A model generated the notes under the pieces. That model ran no database searches, was not told the origin of the DNA, and saw only the letters and a list, made by a program, of their open reading frames with translations. 32,603 bases of DNA, taken from NCBI GenBank assembly GCA_002329405.1, contig DCTE01000042.1:1-32603 (forward strand), written 5' to 3'. This document shows positions 16,084 to 25,683 of the stretch, in pieces. The stretch is from Ruminococcaceae bacterium UBA1448 (GTDB taxonomy: Bacteria > Bacillota > Clostridia > Oscillospirales > Ruminococcaceae). Numbering within the stretch: position 1 is the first letter of the stretch; each line of letters starts with the position of its first letter. A program made the translations under genes and the position numbers.

Positions 16084-16848
16084 ATGACCAGGGAGGATAT
16101 CCAGACGCCTTTTTCTCGTTTGCCATACAAGCTGGAAAAACTCGACAGCAGATTGTTTCTGGCCGTTTCCAATGAACACCGTTTCGGCAGCGACGCTTTT
16201 CTGCTCGCAGATTTTGCCGGACAGTCGCTTCGCCATAAAGACTATGCAGTCGACCTTGGAACCGGATGCGGAATTATTGCTTTTTTGCTGTACAAAAATC
16301 AGCGTCCTGCCAAAATGTGGGGGATTGACATCCAGCCGCAGGCGATTGACCAGTTCCGGTTTTCGATTGACTATTCCTCACGGCAGGGCGAAGAGATCAA
16401 TGATATTCTGCAAGCTGAATGCTGCGACCTGAAAAATATCAAAAGCTGTCTTCCGGCAGGAAAATTCGACCTCGTCACCTGCAACCCTCCCTACAAAACC
16501 AGCGGTACCGGTATCCTGTCGGCTGACCCCGCCCACCAGATCGCACGGCATGAGCTGCTGTGTTCCATCGACGATGTATGCGCCGCTGCTGCCTGGCTGC
16601 TAAAAAGCGGCGGACGGCTGTGTCTCTGCCAGCGGCCGGAAAGGTTATGCGATACGCTGGGTGCGATGCGTGCCCACCATATTGAGCCAAAGCGTCTCCG
16701 GTTTGTTGCCAAAAATCAGAACACCAACCCCTGGCTTTTTCTAGTGGAAGGAAAAAAAGACGCAAAATCCTATATGGATGTACTGCCGACACTGATTTTT
16801 GATCAGCAGACCGCCGCACGTCTGACCCACTATGGCGATTACGAATAA
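16084..16848 (+). CDS. SAM-dependent N6-adenine methyltransferase, tRNA1(Val) m6A37 / YabB-like family
   Basis: The start is trimmed to ATG 16084, with AGGAGG 6 nt upstream. It has the SAM motif DLGTGCGI and the NPPY motif (VTCNPPYKT). Its position upstream of rsmI matches the Bacillus yabB-yabC arrangement. Confidence 0.8.
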   Translation: MTREDIQTPFSRLPYKLEKLDSRLFLAVSNEHRFGSDAFLLADFAGQSLRHKDYAVDLGTGCGIIAFLLYKNQRPAKMWGIDIQPQAIDQFRFSIDYSSRQGEEINDILQAECCDLKNIKSCLPAGKFDLVTCNPPYKTSGTGILSADPAHQIARHELLCSIDDVCAAAAWLLKSGGRLCLCQRPERLCDTLGAMRAHHIEPKRLRFVAKNQNTNPWLFLVEGKKDAKSYMDVLPTLIFDQQTAARLTHYGDYE

Positions 16849-16916
16849 ACATTTACAGCGCATTTGTGCGCTTGATGATACACCATCTTCAACAACAGAA
16901 AGGAAACGTCTTTTAT

Positions 16917-17759
16917 ATGCCCGGAATTCTTTATATTGTCGGAACGCCGATCGGCAACCTCTCCGACTTTTCACCGCGGGCAATCCAGACCCTGCGTGAA
17001 GTTGATTTCATTGCTGCGGAAGATACGCGGGTTACACTCAAACTGCTCAATCACTTTGATATCCGCAAACCTCTGGTCAGCTACCATGAGCACAACCTGA
17101 GAGAACGCGGAGAAGTAATTATACAAAGAGTATTGGACGGCGAAAATGTCGCGGTCGTTTCCGACGCCGGTATGCCCTGTGTTTCAGACCCCGGGGAGGA
17201 TATCGTCCGATTGGCTGCCGAGGCAGATATCCAGACAATCGTCATCCCCGGACCAAGTGCGGCAATCAGTGCCCTTTGCATCAGCGGACTTTCTACCTCG
17301 CGGTTTTCTTTCGAAGGATTTCTGTCCACCAACCGCAAAAACCGGCGGGAACATCTGCAAAGCCTGATCGGCGACACTCATACCCTGATCTTTTATGAGG
17401 CACCGCACAAACTGCTGGACACCCTTAAAGATATGGCTGCCGCGTTTGGAGAAGGCCGGAGAATCTCTCTCTGCCGGGAAATGACCAAAATCCATGAGCA
17501 GGTTTTTCGTACTACGCTGCAAGAAGCTGTCCAGTACTACACCGAAAATACGCCCAAAGGTGAGTTTGTCCTGATTCTGGAAGGTGCCCAGAAACCGGAA
17601 GAACCTGAAATGACACTGGAAGAAGCGGTAGAGGAAGCTGTGCAGCTGGTGCAGAGCGGCTTTCGGGCAACCGATGCTGCAAAGCAGGTATCGGCCCGCA
17701 CACCGTTTAAAAAAAGCGAGATCTACTCTGCGCTGATCTCGATGAGCCGGGAAGAATAA
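16917..17759 (+). CDS. rsmI: 16S rRNA (cytidine1402-2'-O)-methyltransferase
   Basis: The start is trimmed to MPGILYIVGTPIGNLSDFSPRA... It has the tetrapyrrole-methylase fold typical of RsmI (AEDTR, SDAGMPCVSDPG, YEAPHK). Confidence 0.88.
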   Translation: MPGILYIVGTPIGNLSDFSPRAIQTLREVDFIAAEDTRVTLKLLNHFDIRKPLVSYHEHNLRERGEVIIQRVLDGENVAVVSDAGMPCVSDPGEDIVRLAAEADIQTIVIPGPSAAISALCISGLSTSRFSFEGFLSTNRKNRREHLQSLIGDTHTLIFYEAPHKLLDTLKDMAAAFGEGRRISLCREMTKIHEQVFRTTLQEAVQYYTENTPKGEFVLILEGAQKPEEPEMTLEEAVEEAVQLVQSGFRATDAAKQVSARTPFKKSEIYSALISMSREE

Positions 17760-17794
17760 ATCCGGCCGATTCTGTAATTGGGAGCGATTGATTG

Positions 17795-19057
17795 ATGAAA
17801 ACCATCCGACAAATTCCGCACGCCGTGATCACAAAAAAAGGGGAACGCGCCGCTGAAGGCGGTCACCCATGGGTATATGACGCTGAAGTGGAGGCACTGT
17901 TTCCTTCTTTTGAAGGAACGGAAATTACAGACGGTGGACTCATTGATGTGCTGACCGAAAAAGGAAAGTACATCGGCACCGGATTTTATAACAGCCATTC
18001 CAAAATCCGCATCCGCCTGATTTCCCGCAATGCAAACGACCGGTTTGACGAGAGCTTCTGGGAAAGAAAGCTGCGCTATGCCTGGGAATACCGCAAAACG
18101 GTGATGGGTGGGGCAGACTCCCCGGATTTGAAATGCTGCCGGGTGATCTTCGGAGAGGCTGACGGGTTCCCGGGACTGACGGTCGACAGGTTCTCGGAAA
18201 TTCTGGTCACCCAGACCCTTTCGCTGGGGATTGAACAGCGAAAGGATATCATCTTCCCGCTGCTGGTCAAAATTCTGCGGGAAGACGGCCAGGATATCCG
18301 GGCAATCTATGAGCGGAATGATGTTGCCATCCGCAAGCTGGAAGGAATGGAAGAGGGAAAAGGCTTCTATCCGCTTGCGGGAGAAACTGTGCCGGACTAC
18401 TACGAGACAACCATCACCGAAAACGGCGTTCAATATCTGGTCGATTTTAAAGAAGGACAGAAAACCGGCTTTTTCCTCGACCAGAAGTACAACCGTCTGG
18501 CCGTCGCGCGGCTGGCCAAAGGAAAACGGGTACTCGACTGCTTTACCCACACCGGCTCGTTTGCTTTGAATGCAGCGATGGGCGGTGCTGAACACGTCCG
18601 GGCGGTCGATATCTCGGAATCCGCCATCCAGATGGCACGGGAAAACGCCAGACGCAACCATCTGGAAGACAGGATGAGTTTTGTCGCGGAAAATGTATTC
18701 GACCTGCTGCCGCAGATGATGGAAAGCCATGACCCGGATGATCAGTTTGACTTTATTATCCTCGACCCGCCTGCCTTCACCAAGAGCCGTAAGACGGTCG
18801 ATTCCGCATCCCGCGGATACAAAGAGATCAATCTCCGGGCAATGAAGCTGCTGCCCAGAGGGGGATACCTCGCGACGGCGTCCTGCTCCCATTTCATGCG
18901 GGAAGACCTGTTTATCAAAATGCTGGAAAGTGCCGCAAGGGACGCCGGAAGGGAACTGCGGCAGATCGAAGTCCGCCAGCAGGCGCCTGATCATCCGATC
19001 TTGTGGAACGTCCCGGAAACCAACTACCTGAAATTCTTCCTGTTCCAGGTGGTTTAA
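17795..19057 (+). CDS. Class I SAM-dependent rRNA methyltransferase with an N-terminal PUA-like domain (RlmI/RlmK-like 23S rRNA m5C methyltransferase)
   Basis: The ~420-aa protein contains GHPWVY near the N-terminus, FFLDQK, VLDCFTHTGSFAL and ILDPPAF, consistent with the RlmI family. Confidence 0.8.
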   Translation: MKTIRQIPHAVITKKGERAAEGGHPWVYDAEVEALFPSFEGTEITDGGLIDVLTEKGKYIGTGFYNSHSKIRIRLISRNANDRFDESFWERKLRYAWEYRKTVMGGADSPDLKCCRVIFGEADGFPGLTVDRFSEILVTQTLSLGIEQRKDIIFPLLVKILREDGQDIRAIYERNDVAIRKLEGMEEGKGFYPLAGETVPDYYETTITENGVQYLVDFKEGQKTGFFLDQKYNRLAVARLAKGKRVLDCFTHTGSFALNAAMGGAEHVRAVDISESAIQMARENARRNHLEDRMSFVAENVFDLLPQMMESHDPDDQFDFIILDPPAFTKSRKTVDSASRGYKEINLRAMKLLPRGGYLATASCSHFMREDLFIKMLESAARDAGRELRQIEVRQQAPDHPILWNVPETNYLKFFLFQVV

Positions 19058-19073
19058 TCCGAATCCAATAACA

Positions 19074-19123
19074 ATGCCCGATCTGTCTCTCGTTTTAAGA
19101 GACACAGACCGGGCATATTTTTT
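19074..19123. terminator. Bidirectional terminator between the convergent rlmI-like and ADH genes
   Basis: ATGCCCGATCTGTCTC (19074-) pairs with GAGACACAGACCGGGCAT (-19116), followed by ATTTTTT on the plus strand. Confidence 0.75.
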
Positions 19124-19136
19124 ATCCTTGCAGCGC

Positions 19137-20318
19137 TTACAGCGCGAGGCGGTAAATATCAATCATTTCCTTTTTGTCCAGCGGGATATAATCTTTCAGC
19201 ACACGCTTACCAAAGAAGGTGCACTTTTCCGCCATCTCTTCAATGCCGCTGTCGTCAATGTCCAGTTCAGACAGCCGGACCGGCATACCAATGCTGCGGA
19301 AATAGTTTTCGGTGGCTTCGATACCGGCAAGCGCGGTGCGCTCAGGATGCTCGAAGTCCATCTCGATGCCCCATACCCGGACAGCGTACTGACTAAAGCG
19401 CGGAAGTGCCTTTTCGTTCCGGTAGACATACTTTGCCCATGCAGGGAAGATCACTGCAAGACCCGCTCCGTGCGCGACACGGTCATACATGCCGGAAAGC
19501 TCATGCTCCAGCTGGTGGCAGCGCATCAGGTAATCCCGTCCGCATCCGGTCAGTCCGTTATGCGACAGGGAAGAAGCCCACATCAGCGTTGCACGTGCTT
19601 CATAGTCCTCCGGGTTTTCGATGGCGATTCTGCCGGCGTCAATAACCGAGCGAAGCAGTCCTTCCGCCAGATGGTCGGTCAGCGCGACATCGCCATTCTG
19701 ACAGAAATACCGTTCCAATGTGTGCATCATGATATCGGTGATGCCGCAGGCAGTCTGATATTTACTGACGGTATAGGTCAGCTCGGGGTTCATCAGCGCA
19801 AACAGCGGACGGTTATAATCGCTGCCAAACCCGCGTTTGAGCCAGCCGTCCTCATTGGTGATGACGCAGGAATTGCTCATCTCACTTCCCGCCGCCGAAA
19901 TGGTCAGAACCGCACCGACCGGCAGAGATTTTTCCAGCACACGTTTGCCGGAAGAGAACTCCCAGGGGTCGCAGTGGTTGGCAGCACCTGCCGCAGCCGA
20001 TTTGGAGGAGTCGAGTACCGAACCGCCGCCGACTGCCAGAATCATCTCGATTCCTTCGTCAATGCACAGCTGTGCAGCCTTACGGGAGAGGGAAATCTTC
20101 GGGTTGGGTTCAACGCCGCCCAGTTCAACAAATTCGATGTTGTTTTCCTTCAGGGAAGCGACAATCTTATCATACAAACCGCTTCTCTTGATGCTGCCGC
20201 CGCCGTAATGCAGCAGAACCTTCTCAAAACCATACGAACGGATCATCTCGCCGGCTTTCAGCTCCGCGCCTTTTCCGAACACAACCTTTGTCGGGGTATA
20301 ATAGCTAAACTGTTCCAC
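19137..20318 (-). CDS. Iron-containing (group III) alcohol dehydrogenase, NADH-dependent butanol dehydrogenase-like
   Basis: The start is trimmed to GTG 20318, giving MEQFSYYTPTKVVFGKGAE, the typical Fe-ADH N-terminus. AGGAG (20332-20328) lies 9 nt upstream. It has GGGS nucleotide-binding motifs and His-rich metal motifs (HxxxH region: HELSGMYDRVAHG). The longer track ORF (to 20375) would overlap the M42 gene. Confidence 0.88.
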   Translation of the reverse strand: MEQFSYYTPTKVVFGKGAELKAGEMIRSYGFEKVLLHYGGGSIKRSGLYDKIVASLKENNIEFVELGGVEPNPKISLSRKAAQLCIDEGIEMILAVGGGSVLDSSKSAAAGAANHCDPWEFSSGKRVLEKSLPVGAVLTISAAGSEMSNSCVITNEDGWLKRGFGSDYNRPLFALMNPELTYTVSKYQTACGITDIMMHTLERYFCQNGDVALTDHLAEGLLRSVIDAGRIAIENPEDYEARATLMWASSLSHNGLTGCGRDYLMRCHQLEHELSGMYDRVAHGAGLAVIFPAWAKYVYRNEKALPRFSQYAVRVWGIEMDFEHPERTALAGIEATENYFRSIGMPVRLSELDIDDSGIEEMAEKCTFFGKRVLKDYIPLDKKEMIDIYRLAL

Positions 20319-20326
20319 GTGGAACA
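20311..20326. other. parS: parS site, copy 3 (overlaps the ADH start codon)
   Basis: TGTTCCACGTGGAACA is identical to copies 1 and 2. The central CACGTG contains the GTG start codon of the ADH gene, and the SD abuts the palindrome. Confidence 0.85.
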
Positions 20327-20364
20327 ACTCCTTTCTGATCAGACGCTGTCGTCTTTTGGCTTTA

Positions 20365-21408
20365 TTATACGCCAAGATAACCCTTCAAAACAAGCAGTGT
20401 ATTGTAAACACCGTCAATATGGCTTCTTTCATAGCCATGGGAAGCATAGACACCCGAACCGATCAGACCGTGACGGATATCATATCCGGCGCGCAGAGTC
20501 GCTTCCACGTCGCTGCCATAATGCGGGTAGATATCGACCGCATAGTCTGCGCCTTCTGCTTTAGCAGCCGCAATCAGCCCGCCGGTTACCTCATAGCTGT
20601 ACGGACCGCCGGAATCTTTTGCACAGATGGAAACCTGCCGCTCGGTGCAGCGCAGGCCCTTGCCGACACAGCCCATATCGACCGAAATTGCCTCGGTCAC
20701 GCCGTCCGGCAGGGAAGCGGAGCCGCCATGTCCGACCTCTTCATAGACGGTTATATGGGCATAGACACGGCGCGCAGGGGTAATACCATGATCTTTCAGG
20801 TACTTTGCAAAGCCCAGCAGGATACCGACCGACAGTTTGTCATCCAGAAAACGGCTCTTGATATAGCCGCTTTCGGTAATCCGGCTGCGCGGTTCAAAAG
20901 CGACAACGTCGCCGACTTCAACCCCAAGTTCTCTGGTTTCCTTTTCCGAGGTGGTGTTCTCATCCAGCAGCACTTCGATGGTGTCAAATGTACGGGTCGT
21001 CGTCGAATAGTCGCCGTTTACATGGACAGAAGCATTGCACAGCTGGCAGGTTCCTTCCAGGACCTTTCCCTCACGGGTATAGACGCGGACGTTTTCTGCT
21101 TCGGCGTTGTTGGGGTTCATGCCGCCCAATCCAGTCAGGCGCAGGTGTCCGTCCCCCTTAATCTCCGCAACCATCCCGCCAAGGGTATCGGTATGCGCTT
21201 CCAGCATCAGTGCGTTGTCCGCGTCATTGCCGCCCAGGTCGACCAGTACGCCGCCTTTACGGGTTAGGGATGCCTGATACCCGAGGTTTGCAAAAGCCTT
21301 CTGTACCCAATCGGCAGCCTTTGCGGTAAAGCCGCTCGGGCTGTCAATTGCCAGCAGCTGCATCGTCTGTTCCGCCGCAAAACGCGCGTATTCATAATCC
21401 ATCTTCAT
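20365..21408 (-). CDS. M42 family metallopeptidase (glutamyl aminopeptidase / FrvX-like)
   Basis: The ~347-aa protein contains AIDSPSGF, EAHTDTLG, RFLDDK, YEEVGHGG and the conserved C-terminal HGYERSH. The start is trimmed to ATG 21408, with AGGAAAGGGA upstream. Confidence 0.8.
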   Translation of the reverse strand: MKMDYEYARFAAEQTMQLLAIDSPSGFTAKAADWVQKAFANLGYQASLTRKGGVLVDLGGNDADNALMLEAHTDTLGGMVAEIKGDGHLRLTGLGGMNPNNAEAENVRVYTREGKVLEGTCQLCNASVHVNGDYSTTTRTFDTIEVLLDENTTSEKETRELGVEVGDVVAFEPRSRITESGYIKSRFLDDKLSVGILLGFAKYLKDHGITPARRVYAHITVYEEVGHGGSASLPDGVTEAISVDMGCVGKGLRCTERQVSICAKDSGGPYSYEVTGGLIAAAKAEGADYAVDIYPHYGSDVEATLRAGYDIRHGLIGSGVYASHGYERSHIDGVYNTLLVLKGYLGV

Positions 21409-21478
21409 TTTGTCCCTTTCCTTTTGGTTCATCTGCATTCTTTTTATCCTTGCGGTTCAGTCAGCCCGGACACCAGGG

Positions 21479-24400
21479 TTATTGGGGTGCTTTTCCACTC
21501 TTAAGCTGTTCCATCAGACTGCCGTCCTCAAACCCCTGCAAGGTCTTCATGATCTCGCGGAGGGTGTCCATCGCACTGCCGACGATTTTAACGCCGATAT
21601 ACGGCGTCTGGCCGGAAACGACGATACAGCGTCCCTTGAGCTTCAAATTGAGCATCGCCGCAATATTGACGTCCAGTTTTTCGGGGATCAGGTGCAGCAT
21701 CTGCCCTTTCTGGGTGATCTCCTTAAATCCAAACCGCGCCGCTGTATTGCGCAGCAATGCAACGTCGATCAGCCCTTTGACCGATGCAGGCGGTTCGCCA
21801 AAACGGTCAATCAGCTCGTCGACCAGGTCCATTCCGTCTTCTTCGGTGATAATCGACGCAATCTTTCGGTAAATATCAATTCGCTGGGCGAGGTTTTCGA
21901 TATAGCTTTCCGGGATATGCGCTTCCAGCTGGATGTCGACCAGGCATTCGGCAGTCGAACGGATTTCAGGTGCCTTGCCCTGCTTTTCGGCGACAGCCTC
22001 GGACAAAAGACGCAGATACATGTCATATCCGACCGCCTCCATATGTCCATGCTGGCGGGTCCCGAGGATGTTTCCGGCACCGCGGATCTCCAGGTCACGC
22101 AGGGCGATGCGAAAACCAGAACCGAATTTGGTAAACTCACGAATCGCGTTCAGCCGCTTGGTTGCAACCTCGGTCAGGACTTTGCCGCGCTGGAAGGTAA
22201 AATAGGCATAGGCCCGGCGGCTGGAACGCCCGACTCTTCCGCGCAGCTGGTAAAGCTGGGAAAGTCCCAGCCGGTCGGCATCTTCAATAATCAGCGTGTT
22301 GCAGTTGGAGACATCGACACCTGTTTCAATGATGGTTGTACAGACCAGGATGTCAATTTCCTGTTCCATCAGCTGCCGCCAGACACGGGAAAGGGCATCT
22401 TCCGACATTTTGCCATGAGCGACCGCAATCCTTGCCTCCGGGATCATCTGCTGGATTTTGCCTGCGCAGGCGTCGATTGTTTCGGTATTGTTGTGCAGGT
22501 AGTAGGCCTGACCGCCGCGGCGCAGTTCTTTACGCAATGCCTCGATGACAACGCCGGTATCGTGTTCCAGTACATAGGTCTGAATCGGGTGGCGGTTCTG
22601 GGGAGCTTCCTCGATGACGCTCATATCCCGTATTCCGCTCATCGCCATATTTAAGGTTCTCGGAATCGGGGTGGCGGACAGGGTCAGCATATCCACCGAC
22701 GCGAGCATCTCTTTAAACCGTTCCTTGTGCGCGACACCGAACCGCTGTTCCTCGTCGATAATCGCAAGCCCCAAATCCTTGAAGTGGACATCTTTGGAGA
22801 CCAGCCGGTGGGTACCGACGACAATGTCGATCAGTCCGCGCTCCAGCTTGTTCATGATCTCCTTCTGTTCCTTGGGGGAGCGGAACCGGGAAAGCAGTTC
22901 GACATTGACCGGGAAGTTGCCCATCCGGGAGACCAGCGTCTGATAATGCTGCCAGGCAAGAATTGTCGTCGGGCAGAGAATCGCACACTGTTTGCCGTCC
23001 AGTACACACTTGAAAGCAGCCCGCAGTGCAACCTCGGTTTTTCCAAATCCAACGTCGCCGCACAGCAGCCGCTCCATCGGAACCGGTCGTTCCATATCTT
23101 CCTTGATCTCATGGATACAGCGCAGCTGGTCGTCCGTCTCCTGATACTCGAAATGGTCTTCAAAATCCCGCTGCATTTCGTCATCCGGCGAAAAAGCATA
23201 ACCTTTGACCGACATCCGCTTGGCATACAGTGCGATCAGCTCATCGGCCATCTCGTCCACCGCTTTTTTGACCTTCTGTCGGGTCTTCTGCCATTCGGTG
23301 GAATGCAGGCGGTTCAATTTAATATGAGAGTCTTCCCGAGGACCGATGTACTTGGAGACGAGGTCCAGCTGGGTGACCGGTACATAAAGGGTATCGCTTC
23401 CGGCATAGCGAATCTTGATATAATCCTTGATGACGCCCTGCAATTCCAGTTTATGGATGCCGTCAAAGATGCCGATACCGTGAGTGACATGGACGACATA
23501 GTCGCCGACGGTCAGGTCGGACAGCGACCGGATTTCCTCGCCTTTGCGCTTTTTAACCTTCTTGGTCGGCAGGGAAGTCGCCCGCAGGGTCGTAGTCAGC
23601 GAAAACCGGATTTCGGGGTATTCAAAGCCGGTCGACAATGTTCCGGCCAGGACAAACACCTTGCGGTACTTGATTGCCTTCAAATCCTTTTCATAGCTTG
23701 CCGGAATTCCCATCCGCACAAGGTCACCGGCAAGGTTCTGCGCCGCCTTATCGGTGCCGGCAAAGATACAGCAGCAGTACCCCTGTTCCATCAGCGGGTC
23801 AAGGTCGGATTTCAGCAGTTTCAGGTCGCCGTTCCAGCCGGAATTTTGCAGCGGGGAAAGGTTGATGACATCCTTCAGTGTGCCAAATCCGCCATGTGCA
23901 AAGGTTTCCAGATAGATACAGCGATGTTCTTTAAGAGAGAGTTCCAGCATTTCCGGGCTGAGCTGGTAGCCGTCCAGCCCCTTGCAGAGCTGGCCTTCTT
24001 CCAGAAGCACCTTGATATCCTCCTGGAACTGAACCCACTGTGCCCGCAGCGTCTCTTTCATGTCGGTATATTCGCTGAAAAAGACGGCGGCGTCCTGAAA
24101 ATAGTCCAGCAGGGTCGCAAACCTGCCGGTCAGCGGGAAGTACTTGTCATAGCTGTCCAGTTCCAGCCCGGATGTAATCCGGTCAAGGTCTTTTTGGAGG
24201 ATATTTTTTGCGTTTTCTGTTGTTTTACGGTTTCCAAGGCTGTCGATCAGCTTTCCCAGCTTTTCTTCCAGCTCGCCCTCTTCAAACAACACCTCACGTG
24301 CCGGAGAGATCGACAGGGTATCCAGCGACTCGGTCCGCCGCTGGGAATCCAGCTCAAAATAGGAGATGGTGTCGACATCGTCGCCCCAGAACTCGATACG

Positions 24401-24994
24401 GACCGGGTTGGATTCCTTGGGCGGAAAGATGTCCAGTATCCCGCCGCGGACCGAGAACTGACAGACACCGTCCACCTGATCCCGCCGGATATACCCGCTC
24501 CCGATCAGCCGGGCTGTCAGCTGCTGCATCGTCAGCTGTTCACCTTTATCCGGGTCAACGCTCAGCTGGAAGGTCCCTTTTTTCAGCTGTTCGGGAGCAA
24601 TCGTCCGCGAACCGGCAGCCTGGGCAGAAGCGACCACAATCCTGACTTCGCCCGCCTGAATCCGGGAGAGGACGCCCAACCGCTGCTGTTCATACTCGCC
24701 CGAGATCGTCTCCATCTGCCGGTAGCAGAAGTCCCGGGAAGGGAACAGGCAGGCCAGTTCCTTTCCGTTTCCGGCCATTGCGTTGATATCCGCCGTCAGC
24801 CTTGCCGCCGCCAGGTCATCCTGGCACAGCAGCAAAATCGGACAGTCCAGGTCTTCCGACGCGGCATAAAGAAAATGTGCCTTGTGAATAGCCGACAGTC
24901 CCACGCAGAGCAGCGGGGTATTGTGCAGCCGGATATTCTGTATCATCCGTCCGTAGCTTTCCAGGCTGTGCGCTACAGCAGTAAATAGCTTCAA
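21479..24994 (-). CDS. mfd: Transcription-repair coupling factor Mfd
   Basis: The 1171-aa protein has an RNAP-interacting CarD/TRCF domain (VGDYVVHVTHGIGIF), superfamily-2 helicase motifs (LLCGDVGFGKTEV, IIDEEQRFG, LSATPIPRT, QLRGRVGRS) and a TRG region. It has a TTG start and follows pth, as is typical in Firmicutes. Confidence 0.95.
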   Translation of the reverse strand: MKLFTAVAHSLESYGRMIQNIRLHNTPLLCVGLSAIHKAHFLYAASEDLDCPILLLCQDDLAAARLTADINAMAGNGKELACLFPSRDFCYRQMETISGEYEQQRLGVLSRIQAGEVRIVVASAQAAGSRTIAPEQLKKGTFQLSVDPDKGEQLTMQQLTARLIGSGYIRRDQVDGVCQFSVRGGILDIFPPKESNPVRIEFWGDDVDTISYFELDSQRRTESLDTLSISPAREVLFEEGELEEKLGKLIDSLGNRKTTENAKNILQKDLDRITSGLELDSYDKYFPLTGRFATLLDYFQDAAVFFSEYTDMKETLRAQWVQFQEDIKVLLEEGQLCKGLDGYQLSPEMLELSLKEHRCIYLETFAHGGFGTLKDVINLSPLQNSGWNGDLKLLKSDLDPLMEQGYCCCIFAGTDKAAQNLAGDLVRMGIPASYEKDLKAIKYRKVFVLAGTLSTGFEYPEIRFSLTTTLRATSLPTKKVKKRKGEEIRSLSDLTVGDYVVHVTHGIGIFDGIHKLELQGVIKDYIKIRYAGSDTLYVPVTQLDLVSKYIGPREDSHIKLNRLHSTEWQKTRQKVKKAVDEMADELIALYAKRMSVKGYAFSPDDEMQRDFEDHFEYQETDDQLRCIHEIKEDMERPVPMERLLCGDVGFGKTEVALRAAFKCVLDGKQCAILCPTTILAWQHYQTLVSRMGNFPVNVELLSRFRSPKEQKEIMNKLERGLIDIVVGTHRLVSKDVHFKDLGLAIIDEEQRFGVAHKERFKEMLASVDMLTLSATPIPRTLNMAMSGIRDMSVIEEAPQNRHPIQTYVLEHDTGVVIEALRKELRRGGQAYYLHNNTETIDACAGKIQQMIPEARIAVAHGKMSEDALSRVWRQLMEQEIDILVCTTIIETGVDVSNCNTLIIEDADRLGLSQLYQLRGRVGRSSRRAYAYFTFQRGKVLTEVATKRLNAIREFTKFGSGFRIALRDLEIRGAGNILGTRQHGHMEAVGYDMYLRLLSEAVAEKQGKAPEIRSTAECLVDIQLEAHIPESYIENLAQRIDIYRKIASIITEEDGMDLVDELIDRFGEPPASVKGLIDVALLRNTAARFGFKEITQKGQMLHLIPEKLDVNIAAMLNLKLKGRCIVVSGQTPYIGVKIVGSAMDTLREIMKTLQGFEDGSLMEQLKSGKAPQ

Positions 24995-25050
24995 ATCAGA
25001 TTTTCTCTCCTTTCAGCCGTGTTATCCGTTATCCGAACCCATCCGCCCAA

Positions 25051-25683
25051 TCAGCCGTTATACCGGCTCATGGCGGCCTCAAACTCTCCGCGGATGATCA
25101 TTTCCACCGCGCCAAGACATTTTTTTGCCGCTTCGCTGATCTTTTTCATCTCATCTTCGGTATAGGCAGACAGTACCCAATCGGCAAGGTTATAGTCGGG
25201 ATGCGGCTTTGCACCGACGCCGACCTTGATACGGGGAAACTCATCTGTCTGCAAATAGTCTATAATGTTCCGAATGCCGTTATGTCCGCCGTGGCTGCCC
25301 TTTTTGCGGAGCCGCAGACGTCCGGTGTCCAGCGAGATATCGTCAAAGATGACAATGATCTGCTGAGGTGGTATTTTGTAAAAGGAAGCCGCCTTTTCGA
25401 CCGATGTACCCGACAGGTTCATATACGTCTGCGGCTTCATCAGCAGGACCCGCTGGCCAGCAATTGTCGCATCGGCGGTCATCGCGTCAAATTTATTCCG
25501 AATAATTGGAGTTCCCAGTTCTTTGGCGATCTCATCCAGACAGATAAACCCGGTATTGTGCCGGGTCCTGTCATACTTTTTATCGGGATTTCCGAGCCCT
25601 ACCACCAGCCAGGCAGGCGGGGAAGGCTGCGGACGCTGCTGCCGCATCGCGTCCAGACGGGCAAACGCATCAAAAACAGACAT
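25051..25683 (-). CDS. pth: Peptidyl-tRNA hydrolase
   Basis: It contains LVVGLGNPDKKYDRTRHNTGF, MKPQTYMNLSG, GSHGGHNG and RIKVGVG. The start is uncertain: ATG 25683 is chosen but has no SD, and ATG 25725 lies 13 nt after AGGAG. Confidence 0.88.
   Translation of the reverse strand: MSVFDAFARLDAMRQQRPQPSPPAWLVVGLGNPDKKYDRTRHNTGFICLDEIAKELGTPIIRNKFDAMTADATIAGQRVLLMKPQTYMNLSGTSVEKAASFYKIPPQQIIVIFDDISLDTGRLRLRKKGSHGGHNGIRNIIDYLQTDEFPRIKVGVGAKPHPDYNLADWVLSAYTEDEMKKISEAAKKCLGAVEMIIRGEFEAAMSRYNG

Noticed and set aside
6178-20327. I first read the TGTTC-N6-GAACA palindrome as a CRP/FNR-type (5-6-5) or Rex-like (TTGTT...AACAA) operator controlling redox genes, or as a REP-like element.
   Set aside because: Its positions relative to promoters are inconsistent: inside a terminator loop, after a terminator, and on a start codon. 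The inner bases differ from the Rex consensus. The sequence is a 15/16 match to the parS consensus, with parAB encoded nearby. That is a far better explanation.
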